Source: Planctomycetota bacterium (GTDB lineage: Bacteria > Planctomycetota > UBA11346). From it: 32,911 bases of DNA. The notes under the pieces were generated by a model. That model was not told the origin of the DNA and made no database searches. It saw only the letters and a list, made by a program, of their open reading frames with translations. Made by a program: the position numbers and the translations under genes. Location: assembly GCA_038231435.1 (NCBI GenBank), contig JBBRLJ010000051.1:1-32911 (forward strand), given 5' to 3'. This document shows, piece by piece, positions 9,052 to 21,200 of this stretch (within the stretch, counting starts at the first letter, position 1; every line of letters starts with the position of its first letter).

Positions 9052-9960
9052 ATGCCAGCGACGCGCACGCCCCCGCCCACGATCGTCACCGAACAGCATG
9101 CCCTGCATGCGTGGTTGGCCCGCCACAACCAGAGGCGGTTGCGCCCATCCCTGCCGAGCGTCTCGTGGCGCGAGGATCTCGAACGCGAGGCGCGCGCGCG
9201 CGAGTGCGAAGTCGAGTTCGTCGAACGAGAACGCACGTCATCCCAGCTTGAGATGGCCGAGCTCGAACCGGTACCGCGGGGCCCCGACGCGTTCGTCTCC
9301 TGGTTCGAGTGCCTCCGCGAGATCGGGCCAGGTCAAGGTGATCCGCTGTTCCCGTGGCTCGCCGACAGCGCTAGCCTCGACGACATGCGCTGGTTCATGT
9401 CGCAGGAGGTCGCCGGTGAAGCCGGTTTCGACGACTTGGTCGCGCTCACCCAGATCAAGCTGCCGACCCGGCCCAAGCTTGAGATGGCGCGCAACTATTG
9501 GGACGAGATGGGGCGAGGCAGGGCCGAGGGCATGCACGGCCCGATGCTCGAGGTCTTGGCGCGCGAGCTCGGACTCCAGGGCTCGGAGCCGGTCGTCTGG
9601 GAATCGCTCGCGCTGGCGAACCTGATGATCGCGCTGGCGATCGATAACCGCTATGCCTACCACGCGATCGGCGCACTGGGGGTCATCGAACTGACCGCGC
9701 CAGGCAGAGTGGCCCAAGTCGCCGCCGGACTGACACGGCTGGGGATCTCGCCGCCAGGCCGCTGCTACCACGAGCTGCACGCAGCGTTGGATCCGAAGCA
9801 TTCATGGGCATGGAACCGCGAGGTCATCGCGCCGCTCATGGCCACCGATCCAGCGATAGCGGGCGCGATCGCTGAAGGCGCATGGATGCGCTTGCGGGCA
9901 GGCGCCCGCTGCTTCGAGGCCTATCGCGCGCGTCTGCTCGGGCAGCAGAACGAGCGCTAG
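9052..9960 (+). CDS. Heme-oxygenase-like diiron oxidase (iron-containing redox enzyme family)
   Basis: GGAGG before the ATG. QEVAGEAGFDDLVALTQ, NYWDEMGRG...MHGPM, LGVIELTAP and YHELHAALDPKH supply the E/H ligand pattern. Confidence 0.87.
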   Translation: MPATRTPPPTIVTEQHALHAWLARHNQRRLRPSLPSVSWREDLEREARARECEVEFVERERTSSQLEMAELEPVPRGPDAFVSWFECLREIGPGQGDPLFPWLADSASLDDMRWFMSQEVAGEAGFDDLVALTQIKLPTRPKLEMARNYWDEMGRGRAEGMHGPMLEVLARELGLQGSEPVVWESLALANLMIALAIDNRYAYHAIGALGVIELTAPGRVAQVAAGLTRLGISPPGRCYHELHAALDPKHSWAWNREVIAPLMATDPAIAGAIAEGAWMRLRAGARCFEAYRARLLGQQNER

Positions 9961-10022
9961 GCACGCCCGTATGCGCCAGCCCCTCGTGGGCCAGGCTGGT
10001 ATGGCGGTTAAGCGGCGACACC

Positions 10023-11606
10023 ATGTCGAGACGCATGATCATCCTGACCACGCTCAATGCCCGCCACAGCCACGCGAGTCTCGGATTGCGCTACCTCATG
10101 GCGAATCTCGGCGAGCTCGAGGCCCACGCGTCGCTGCGCGAATTCACCATCAACGACAACCTGGGCTGGGTTGCCGAGCAGCTGATCGCGCTGTCACCGA
10201 GGATCATCGGTTTCGGCGTGTACATCTGGAACCTGCGCGAAACCACCAAAGTGGTGGCGATCATCCGGCGCGTCGCCCCTGGGGTCCGCATCGTCGTGGG
10301 TGGCCCCGAGGTCAGCCACGAGCACGAGCACGAACCGCTGGTGGCGATGTCCGACGTGCTGATCGTCGGAGAAGCCGATCTCGCCTTCCCGCCGGTGTGC
10401 GCGGCGCTGCTCGAAGGTCGGGCGGTGCCCAAGGTGGTGCGCGCGCCGAAGCCGGCGCCGGCCTCGATCTCCTTCCCCTATGCCCGCTACACCGACGATG
10501 ACCTGCGCCACCGCATCATTTACGTCGAGGCCAGCCGTGGCTGTCCGTTCACCTGCGAATTCTGCCTGTCATCGATAGAGAACGGCGTGCGCTCGTTCCC
10601 ACTCGAGGGATTCCTCGCCGAGTTGGATGGGATGATCCGCCGCGGTTGCCGGGTCTTCAAATTCGTCGACCGCACCTTCAATCTCGGGATCACGTCAAGC
10701 TCGGCGATCCTCGCCTTCTTCCTCGAGCGGTGGCCCCGCGACCCGGCCGGCACCCTGATCGGACCGGATCCACAGGCACGCGTCGCCGACGGCCTGCCCG
10801 CCAACGGCTCCTTCTTCCTGCACTTCGAGATGGTCCCGGACCGCCTGCCAGACGCCCTGAAGGATCTGCTCGCGCGCTTCCCCAGGGGCTCGCTGCAGCT
10901 CGAGGTGGGGATCCAGAGCTTCACTCCGCGCGTGGGCGAGCTGATCTCGCGGCGCATGGACCGGGCGAAGACCGAGGACAATCTGCGCTGGCTGCGCGAT
11001 GCCGGCATCCATGTCCATGCCGACCTGATCATCGGACTTCCAGGCGAGACGGTCGACAGCTTCGCGGATAGCTTCGATGCGTTGTGGCGCCTGGGGCCAG
11101 GCGAGATCCAGGTCGGCATCCTCAAGCTGCTCAAGGGCACCCCGCTGGCGCGGCATCGCGAGCCATTCGCGATGGCGTTCAATCCCGAGCCGCCCTACGA
11201 CATCCTCAAGAACCGCGACCTCGATTTCCCGACCATGCAGCGCTTGAAGCGCTTCGCGCGCTACTTCGAACTCTACGCGAACAGCGGCCGCTTCGCCCGG
11301 GGCGTCGGCCTGCTCATGTCCGGCGGAGCCAGCCCGTTCCGTGCCTTCCTCGAGTTCAGCGATCGCTTGTGGTCGACCACCCATCAGGAGCACGCCATCT
11401 CGCAGACGCGGCAGTACGAACTGATCGGCGAACATCTGCGCACGGTCGGCCAGCTCAGCGCGCAGACAGTGATCGCCGCCCTGGCCCAGGACTTCCTCGA
11501 TCATGGCCAACGCAAGCATCTGCCAGAATTCCTGCGTCCCACCGTCGAATCCGGACGACGCGACGGCCGAGCGCGATCGATCGACGAGGTCAGCGCGGCG
11601 CGGTAG
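10023..11606 (+). CDS. B12-binding-domain radical SAM protein (DUF4080-type C-terminus)
   Basis: TLNARHSHASLGLRYL, GFGVYIWN, VVGGPEVSH, YVEASRGCPFTCEFCLSS, FKFVDRTFN, LEVGIQSF and HADLIIGLPGE. Start is ATG 10023 or 10035. Confidence 0.9.
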   Translation: MSRRMIILTTLNARHSHASLGLRYLMANLGELEAHASLREFTINDNLGWVAEQLIALSPRIIGFGVYIWNLRETTKVVAIIRRVAPGVRIVVGGPEVSHEHEHEPLVAMSDVLIVGEADLAFPPVCAALLEGRAVPKVVRAPKPAPASISFPYARYTDDDLRHRIIYVEASRGCPFTCEFCLSSIENGVRSFPLEGFLAELDGMIRRGCRVFKFVDRTFNLGITSSSAILAFFLERWPRDPAGTLIGPDPQARVADGLPANGSFFLHFEMVPDRLPDALKDLLARFPRGSLQLEVGIQSFTPRVGELISRRMDRAKTEDNLRWLRDAGIHVHADLIIGLPGETVDSFADSFDALWRLGPGEIQVGILKLLKGTPLARHREPFAMAFNPEPPYDILKNRDLDFPTMQRLKRFARYFELYANSGRFARGVGLLMSGGASPFRAFLEFSDRLWSTTHQEHAISQTRQYELIGEHLRTVGQLSAQTVIAALAQDFLDHGQRKHLPEFLRPTVESGRRDGRARSIDEVSAAR

Positions 11607-11630
11607 GCCTGAGCATGGCGTGATCGACGA

Positions 11631-12812
11631 TCAGCCGGGAAGCGTGGGCGGAACGACCTGGTCTTTGTCTGTCTCCTTGGCCTGGTCCTTGGCCATGGCG
11701 GCCGCAGGCGTCTTCCCCCCCTGATTCGCCTGATCCTCCTCCTCCTTCATCTGCTCCGCGTGCTTCTGGACCACCTCCCTGCCAAGGTATTCCTTCAGCC
11801 AGATGCGCTCGATGATCGGATACGATGCCACGATCGGCAGGATGGCGAGGGCTCCGGGAATACCGGCGAGCAGGCCGCCCGCGAGCAGTGCGACCAGCAC
11901 CGACAAGGTCGAGAGCCGCAGGCGCTGGCCGTAGACCTTGGGCACGATCACGTAGCTTTCGAGAGCGTGGTACAGCACGTAGAGCAGAACAACCAGGATC
12001 GCCGCCGTCGGTGAGACCGCGAGCGCCAGCAGCGCGGCGGGGATGGTGGAGATGAAGAACCCGATGATCGGCAACACGTCGAGTACACCCGCCAAGACCG
12101 CCAGGATAAGCGCCGCCGGCACGTGCAGCGCGAGCAGCACCACGAAGGCGTAGATCGCGCAGATCACCGAGGTGATGATCTGTCCGGCCATGTACGCGAA
12201 CACCACCTCGGATGTCTCGACAGCGGTCTGCGCTATACGCGCGCGGGCGCGCGGAGGAAAATACGGCAGCAGCCAGCGGTAGACGTGGTGGCCATCAAGC
12301 AGCAGGTAGATGGCGAGGATGAGGATGAGGCCCATCCAGGTCAGCGCTTCGATCGCCTTGGTGCCCCATGACACCGCATTCTTGAGCATCTCGGACGAAT
12401 CGGGGAGCGTGGTGCCGTTGAACAGGTCCTTGACGGTGTCGTGGAAGTAGCCGTCGGCCGGCAGTTTCGCGAGGATGGCCTCCTGCAGCTTGGGCAAAGC
12501 CTTCACCAACCCTGTGCCTTGCTCGATGAGCGGGGGTACGACCAGGGTCACGCCGCCACCGACCAGGACGATCATCACCAGCGCCACGGTGAGCACCGCC
12601 GCCCAATGGGCGAATCCCCGCGCTCGCAGCCAGTTCACCACCGGATGCAGGGTCACGGCCACCAGGGCTGACAGGAACACCATCACGCACAGCGGCCAGA
12701 GTGACCAGGCGATGTAGGCGAGCGGAATCGCCACCAGCACCTTGGCTATGGTCTTCCAGGGGATGTGCAGCTCCACGCGCTGCGCTGGTTCGTCAGTCGG
12801 TTTGGGGTGCAC
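11631..12812 (-). CDS. AI-2E family transporter (PerM/TqsA/YhhT-like)
   Basis: Multiple TM segments; LHPVVNWL, AYMAGQI, LDVLPIIG, LESYVIVPKVYG and GIPGALAILP. Confidence 0.9.
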   Translation of the reverse strand: MHPKPTDEPAQRVELHIPWKTIAKVLVAIPLAYIAWSLWPLCVMVFLSALVAVTLHPVVNWLRARGFAHWAAVLTVALVMIVLVGGGVTLVVPPLIEQGTGLVKALPKLQEAILAKLPADGYFHDTVKDLFNGTTLPDSSEMLKNAVSWGTKAIEALTWMGLILILAIYLLLDGHHVYRWLLPYFPPRARARIAQTAVETSEVVFAYMAGQIITSVICAIYAFVVLLALHVPAALILAVLAGVLDVLPIIGFFISTIPAALLALAVSPTAAILVVLLYVLYHALESYVIVPKVYGQRLRLSTLSVLVALLAGGLLAGIPGALAILPIVASYPIIERIWLKEYLGREVVQKHAEQMKEEEDQANQGGKTPAAAMAKDQAKETDKDQVVPPTLPG

Positions 12813-12880
12813 GAGGATCGACTATGGTCATGCCTCCATTGTGGCGCAAGACGGGCATCACCGACTGTCGACAGCCCCGC

Positions 12881-14638
12881 CTAACGTTCCTCGAAGCGTA
12901 TGCGCGTCATCGAATAGCCGGGCAGGGCGACTTCGCTGGTGGCCTCGGCTACCGTGAGATCGCTCAGCGGAGGCATATCCTCGAGACGATCGATGCGCTC
13001 CCCTGCTGGAGACGACATCGGCACGCCGTCGTACACCACGTCCGCGCACTCCAGGTGTCCATCCGCGGGCACGACCTGATCGATGACGCAGTGGTTCGCG
13101 TGCGCGCCAGACACCGAGATCCTGATCGTCACCGCTACCCCGGCGAGATTCAGTACCAGCGCCGTGAAGCGGCGTCGCTCCGGGATGCCAGCGGTCGCGA
13201 CAGCAGCATAACAGCGCAGCGCCCCCTGCTTACCACCTTGCACGTGCGCGTGCGACATCCGCCCGCCGATCCCCGCCCACAGCGAGAATGCATAATAGGA
13301 AGGCCAGCGATGCCCAGCCGGCACACGCAGATGCGGCGCCTCTGCGGCTCGCACCATGGTCGCCCAGCTGCCATCCGCGCGCACGGTATCGTAGGGTCCA
13401 TAGAAGCAGGAGCCCGCGAGCCCGTTCTCGATGAACAGGCCGATGCATTGGGCGTCGTAGAGAGCGGACTGCATGCGCAGCAGGCCGAAGTCGCTCGGCT
13501 CATACGCATTCCACTCCGTATCCAGAAGTGGGAACGACGCGTCGTACCCGTGGGCAGCGAGCCGTGAACGGATCGCGGCCAGGCCGATCGCGACTTCCTC
13601 GTCGGGTTGCTCGATGATCCGTTCAGGCGCCAGACCCTTGCTCCGCGAGTAGGTGTGACAACTGACGAATTCGCAGGCGCCCTTTGCCTTTGCCAGGATG
13701 GTCTCGTTCCAATCGACGTACCAGGCGCCACGATGTTCGGGCGCCAGCATCGGCCCGACGAGGATGCCAGGATCCACGGCCTTCATCGCCGCGCGATAGG
13801 CCAGGAATCCCTCGTGGCGCACGCCATCGAGCACGCGACCGTCGAGGAAGTATCCCGCTCGCGTGGCATTGTTGCGGCCGGGGGCGGAGTTGTCGTAGCC
13901 GTCGATGTACAGCCACGGATGCGCCGACGCTCCCGCCCGAGGATCGTAGAGTTCGTTGCCGACCTCCCAATAGCGGACACGATACGATTCCGGATGCGCT
14001 GCATGCCGCTCATCACCGCGCGCGCGCATCCCGGCCCAATGTCCGATAGTGAGCCAATCGCGGCCGGAGGCGTCGATGCCGATCGGTCGCGCGTCAGTCG
14101 GCGATCCATTGCAGAAGGCGACGAGCGCGGCGGCGGTCTCCTTGCCTAGGTCGGGGAAACCGGAGACCACCATGAGGTTCTCGCCGTGGAGCCGCTCGAC
14201 GTAGGCCAGGTCCTGCCAGACATCCGTCTGCATCCATCGGTACAGGGCCCCCTCATCGTCGGAGCGGTCATGATCGCTGGCCAGGATGTGGCCAAGCCAG
14301 TCCCTGGTGGGCGACGCCACCATTCGTCCCGCGATCGTCTCGCTGCGCGCCGCATTATTGGCGACGAAATGACGAAACAGCGCGCCCACGCCGAGTCCGC
14401 AGGACGGGAATCGCTTCTGCGCCGAGGCTTCCCAATCCGCAGCGCGAAAGTTCGACCCCAGGTGGGCCCCGAGGAGCGCTGGCGAGATGACGGGGCCGTT
14501 CGCGACTCCATCCACCACGATCAGTATCGGATCGGCTGCGGTGGCCAGCCGACCAAGCATCATCGCCGACGCGACCAGCAGAAGCGCCTGGCATACGCGC
14601 GACGCAGATGCCGCGCACGTTCTGGCCGCGATGCCCAA
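12881..14638 (-). CDS. Secreted clan GH-A glycoside hydrolase (GH51/GH79/GH44-like)
   Basis: Signal-like N-terminus, ISPALLG, AAALVAFCNG, RYWEVGNE (acid/base), AMKAVDPGILVG, SCHTY, DTEWN (nucleophile) and C-terminal LPGYSMTRI beta-sandwich end. Start uncertain. Confidence 0.75.
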   Translation of the reverse strand: MGIAARTCAASASRVCQALLLVASAMMLGRLATAADPILIVVDGVANGPVISPALLGAHLGSNFRAADWEASAQKRFPSCGLGVGALFRHFVANNAARSETIAGRMVASPTRDWLGHILASDHDRSDDEGALYRWMQTDVWQDLAYVERLHGENLMVVSGFPDLGKETAAALVAFCNGSPTDARPIGIDASGRDWLTIGHWAGMRARGDERHAAHPESYRVRYWEVGNELYDPRAGASAHPWLYIDGYDNSAPGRNNATRAGYFLDGRVLDGVRHEGFLAYRAAMKAVDPGILVGPMLAPEHRGAWYVDWNETILAKAKGACEFVSCHTYSRSKGLAPERIIEQPDEEVAIGLAAIRSRLAAHGYDASFPLLDTEWNAYEPSDFGLLRMQSALYDAQCIGLFIENGLAGSCFYGPYDTVRADGSWATMVRAAEAPHLRVPAGHRWPSYYAFSLWAGIGGRMSHAHVQGGKQGALRCYAAVATAGIPERRRFTALVLNLAGVAVTIRISVSGAHANHCVIDQVVPADGHLECADVVYDGVPMSSPAGERIDRLEDMPPLSDLTVAEATSEVALPGYSMTRIRFEER

Positions 14639-14640
14639 GG

Positions 14641-15348
14641 CTAGAATCGCACGCCCAGTGAGGCAAGCACCCCGAAACCCTGGTTCTTGCGATCATCGCT
14701 CACCGTCAGGCGATCGCCGGTTGATTTGTCGGTCGATGTATACTCGGGCTTCGAACGCCCGATCAGATACGGGACTTCGACGCCGATCTGCCAGCCGCTC
14801 TTGAACGTCCAATAGGTCGCGGCGCGCGCACCGTATTCGATGTAATTCTCGTGGCTGCTGGTGTCGGTCTGATTGTTGTTCGACACGTTGAAGAACGTCC
14901 AGCCATAGCCGACGAACGGAGTCAGCTCGAAATGCCAGCTGGGGGTCGGAGCGAAGCCGTAGCCTATGAGCAGATCGATCACCGGCGTGGTGAAGGTGGT
15001 GGTCGAGGTAGAGTTCTCGAAGCGCGCCTGGTTGACAGCCAGATCGCCTCCGATCAGGAATCCACCCGCCGAACCCAGGTGGCCGGTCATGAACTGCAGC
15101 TGGCCGCGATAGTTGGCGTCGGGGCTGCGCGGTGTTGGCGAGGTGCTGGTAGTCGAGGTGACCGTGCCGCCGGAATTGGTGACGGTGGATGTGGCGCCTC
15201 CACGATAGGTCTTCGGCAGGACGCCGCCGCCAAGGCGCAAGTCGCAGACGTTGACTTCATCGACGGCGAACGCGCATGCACTTCCCGTGAGGACGATGCT
15301 GGCCATCGCCTTGACGAGGGTCATGGAGACGGTCTTGGGGATGAGCAT
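14641..15348 (-). CDS. Outer-membrane beta-barrel protein (small barrel)
   Basis: GGAGG RBS, signal peptide, amphipathic strands (WHFELTPFVGYGW, YIEYGARAATYWTF) and C-terminal ASLGVRF with terminal Phe. Confidence 0.8.
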   Translation of the reverse strand: MLIPKTVSMTLVKAMASIVLTGSACAFAVDEVNVCDLRLGGGVLPKTYRGGATSTVTNSGGTVTSTTSTSPTPRSPDANYRGQLQFMTGHLGSAGGFLIGGDLAVNQARFENSTSTTTFTTPVIDLLIGYGFAPTPSWHFELTPFVGYGWTFFNVSNNNQTDTSSHENYIEYGARAATYWTFKSGWQIGVEVPYLIGRSKPEYTSTDKSTGDRLTVSDDRKNQGFGVLASLGVRF

Positions 15349-15471
15349 GGAAACCTCCGTGGATGGAGGATTCTGCGCCTACTCGCCGAGCTCGGAGGAA
15401 AAACTCCGGGAGTATGCACAACCTCGACTCCAGCAGCGCCCGCTCGGGAGGAGCGCCTGTGCAGTCAGAAT

Positions 15472-15912
15472 TCAGCGCAATCGGGCGATGTCGTCGAGCA
15501 GGGTCTCTTCGGCAGAGGAGGTGGCCGCGTCGAGCCCCGCGGGGGCCGAACTCACGATGCGATTTCGGTACCTGACGGTTCCCGTTCGTAGATCGGTGAC
15601 GGTCGCCTCGAGCACCACGTGGGCACCCTCGCGCTTGTGCGCTGGGATCAGGTCGCAGCTGTAGCCGAGGTCGAAGCAGGCACCCGCTCCATCAGGCGTC
15701 GAAGTCGCCACCACGAATCCTCGAGCTGCCGCGCCTCGGGCGAGATCTCCCCGCTGGACCTCGGCCGTCTTGCCATGGGGATGGAGCAGCAAGACGGACC
15801 CTCGTTCGGCTCGGGGGCCGCCGCACGACGCCAGCAAAGACAGCAGCGGTATGGCGAACAGCGCGACGGCGCACAGACGGATCGCGATAGTGACGACGCG
15901 CATGTCCGTCAT
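15472..15912 (-). CDS. Putative lipoprotein, unknown function
   Basis: Hydrophobic leader ending in lipobox-like LLASC. Co-oriented and fills the gap between the response regulator and the beta-barrel gene. Confidence 0.65.
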   Translation of the reverse strand: MTDMRVVTIAIRLCAVALFAIPLLSLLASCGGPRAERGSVLLLHPHGKTAEVQRGDLARGAAARGFVVATSTPDGAGACFDLGYSCDLIPAHKREGAHVVLEATVTDLRTGTVRYRNRIVSSAPAGLDAATSSAEETLLDDIARLR

Positions 15913-15960
15913 GTATCCCGGGGTATCGCGGGCTCAAGCCCCGCTCAGGGGAAGCTCGCC

Positions 15961-16427
15961 TCAGGGCTTCTCGTTTCCGGATCGCGGCAAAGAGACGATG
16001 GACAGCCAGAATTCCTCGATTCCCCTCACCACCGTCACGAATTCCGCGAAATCGACGGGCTTGGCGATGTAGCTGTTCGCGTGCAAATCGTAGCTGTTCA
16101 GGATGTCCTCGTCCGAACGCGATGTGGTCAGGACGATGACCGGAATGCGCTTGAGGTTCGGATCGCTCTTGATCTGGGACAACACCTCGCGCCCGTCCAT
16201 GATCGGCAGATTGAGATCGAGCAGGATCAGTCCTGGACGTGGCGCGTCCTTGTATCGACCTTCCTTGCGCAGGAATTCCATCGCCTCCTCCCCATCCCCG
16301 ACTACATGGAGGACGTTGTTCATCCGTCCCTTCTTCATCGCCTCGCGGGTGATGCGCACGTCGCCCGGACTGTCCTCGACGAGCAGGATGTCGATAGGCT
16401 TGAGTGGATCGGACATGGACTGGTCGG

Positions 16428-16431
<4 letters not shown>
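15961..16431 (-). CDS. Single-domain response regulator, Rcp1-like
   Basis: ILLVEDSPGD, LILLDLNLPIMDG, VIVLTTS and ANSYIAKPVDF. ATGA overlap with the kinase stop. Confidence 0.93.
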
Positions 16432-18225
<1,794 letters not shown>

Positions 18226-18239
<14 letters not shown>

Positions 18240-21200
18240 GGTCACCTCTGCTTCTGTCGACAAGGCGCGTGCGCAATGCCAACACCGCGAGACGCGCTGG
18301 TACGAGACTGGCATCGAACCGGATCCTGGCGGCGCGGATCGCATCCGGCGATCCGGAGCGCGCGATCTCCTCTAGCCTGCGGCAATCCATCCCGAACGCG
18401 GTTGCGCCGACGGTCAGGCTCATACCCGCCAAGTGGTGCGCAGCCCTGGCCAGTTCCGGTGGCTCGATGGACTCCATCACCGCCGCCACGTGCCGAGGAA
18501 GTTCCTTCAACCAGATGTCGAAGGCCTCGATGACATCCGCGGCCCCACCCATCGACGCCTCGAGCTTGCGCACTGCCTCCCTGTCGAGGACCGGCTCCGC
18601 CACGATTTCAACTGGCGGCGGAGCTGGTTCCTGATGAGCCAGACGCCGCTCCATCGCCCTGACCAGCTCCTCGACCTGCACCGGCTTGGTCACATAGTCG
18701 TCCATCCCCGCCCCCAGGCAGCGTTCGCGGTCGCCCTGCATCGCGTTGGCGGTCATGGCCACGATCGGGATGGCGCGCATGGGAGCCGCGAGCTTGCGGA
18801 TCTCGGCCGTCGCCTGGAAGCCGTCCATCTCGGGCATCTGGCAATCCATCAGCACGAGGTCATAGGGGATGCGCGCAACCGCCTCGACCGCCTCGCGACC
18901 GTTAGCGACCGTGTCAACGCGGCAGCCGAGCTTCTCGAGCATCTTCACCGCCACCTTCTGGTTCACGGTGTTGTCCTCGGCGAGCAGCACACGTTTTCGC
19001 GACAGTGCCCGGTTCTCCGCCAAGGTGTGCCTGGTCACCAGCGCGGGGAAAACCCCAGTGGCGGCGGCGTCGAGCACCACCGCCAGGCAGTCGCGCAACT
19101 GCGCCAGGCGCGCTGGCTTGGTGAGATAGCCCGAGATGCCGGCGAGCCGCGCTTCCTGCCCTTGGCCGCGCTGCGAGAACGCGGTGAGCAGGACCAACGG
19201 CAAGGCGCGGTAGGCGGGCTCGACACGGATGGCGCGCGCCAGGGCGAAGCCGTCCATGCCAGGAAGCACCAGCTCGAAGATCACCAGCGAATGCGCCTTG
19301 GATTCCGCCAGCCCGGCCGACAGCGCGGCGAGCGCGGCCTCGCCGTCGGCGACCAGCTCACAGACCATCCCGAGCGCGGCCAGCTGCTCGGCGAGCGCGT
19401 CGCGGCTGGCCGGATTCGGATCCACGCACAACGCCCGCGCTCCTTTCATCCGCATGGGTTGCACGACCGGGCCGACCGGCGCCGAGCGCTTGGTCAGGTG
19501 GGCGGTAAACCAGAAGGTGCTTCCGGCACCGGCGGTACTATCAACACCGATCTCACCACCCATCATGCCCGCCAGGCGCTTGCAGATCACCAGACCCAGA
19601 CCGGTCCCGCCATAGCGACGGGTGGTAGAGCTGTCCGCCTGGGTGAACGGCTGGAAGATGCGGGCTTTCGCCTCGGCCGAGATGCCGATGCCGGTATCGC
19701 TGACCGCGAAACGCACCAGCGCATCGTCAGCGCTCTCGGACACCAGGTCGGCGCGCACCAGCACCTCACCGGCGCTGGTGAATTTCACCGCATTGCTCAC
19801 CAGGTTCAGCATGATCTGGCGCAACCGGCCGGGATCGCCCGCCACGCACAACGGCACCGACGGATGGATGAGCGCGACCAGCTCGATGCGCTTGGAATGG
19901 GCCTGATCCGCGAGCAGGCCTACTGCATCCTCGACCATGGAGCGCAGGTTGAAATCGATGATCTCGAAATCGAGCTTGCCCGCCTCGATCTTCGAGAAAT
20001 CGAGGATGTCGTTGATCAACGTCAGCAGGCTGTCGGCGCACATGCGCACGGTGTCGGCGTAGCTGCGCTGCTCGGTGTCGAGCTTGGTATCCAGGAGCAA
20101 GTTGATCATGCCGATGATGCCGTTCATCGGCGTGCGAATCTCATGACTCATGGTGGCCACGAACGATGACTTCGCCCGCGTCGCATCCTCGGCGGCATCC
20201 TTGGCCAGGAGCAGCTCGCGGTTCGCGCTCTCGAGCTCGGCGTTCTTCCGGCCAAGATCCGCAAGCAGACCGGCGCGGGTCTCAGACAGCTGTCGCGCGG
20301 CGCGGGATTCGGCCACCTCGAGCTCATTGCGCAGCAACCGCTCGGCGATCTGCCGGCTCTCGTCCTCGATCTGCTTGCGCCTCACCTGGGCGCGGAGGCG
20401 TCCCTTGAGGATCTCGAAATCACCGGATTTCATCACGTAATCGTCGGCGCCTGCGTTAAGGCTGTCGATCATGACCGCGCGATCCTCGCGCCCGGTGAGG
20501 ATGATCAGCGGGATGTTACGCCATCTCGGGTCGCCCTTGATGAGCCGGCAGGTCTCGAGGCCGGAGAGGCCGGGCATCTCGAGATCGAGCAGAATGCAAT
20601 CGAGCTGCTGCTGCTCCAGGATCTCGAGCGCCTGCTCGCCCGAGGTCGCCTGCACCGCCTCGTACTCCTCGTCGCGCAACTGCTCCACCAACGCCTGCAG
20701 GAAGGTACGGCTGTCGTCCACCGCCAGTATGCGCTTGGGCGTGAACGGTAGCACCTTGAGCCCGTACGAGGTCGCCTCGCCAGCGGTGCGCGCGAGCGCC
20801 ATGATGCGCGCGACCACCACCTCGACGTCACCGCCCTTGACCACGTAGGCATCGGCACCGGATTCGAGGCCGATGATCTCATCCTTCCTCTCGCCCGACG
20901 CGGTCAGGAGCAGGCACGGGATGCGGCGCAGCACCGGATCCGATTTCATGCGCCGGATCACCGTGACGCCATTGATGCCAGGCAGGACCCCGTCGACCAC
21001 CGCAACGTCTGGCCGCGATGCCGACGCGACGCGCAGGCCATCCTCGCCGCTGCCCGATTGCAGCACCCTGAAGCCGACAGCTTCAAGAGCCTGCGAGAGT
21101 GCCATGCGGAAAGTGATGCTGTCGTCGATGACCAGCACCGATATCGCCGTCGCGCCTGGCTTCACGGCAGCCGCGGAGGCAACTGAAGCTGTAACCGCTG

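Noticed and set aside
12793..12837. Possible frameshift at the AI-2E 5' end (out-of-frame ATG at 12831 next to GGAGG)
   Set aside because: The GGAGG is only 1 nt from that ATG, and the in-frame GTG at 12812 already gives a complete protein.
15928..15946. GC hairpin after the response regulator as an intrinsic terminator
   Set aside because: The stem is bulged and has no U-tract on the minus strand.
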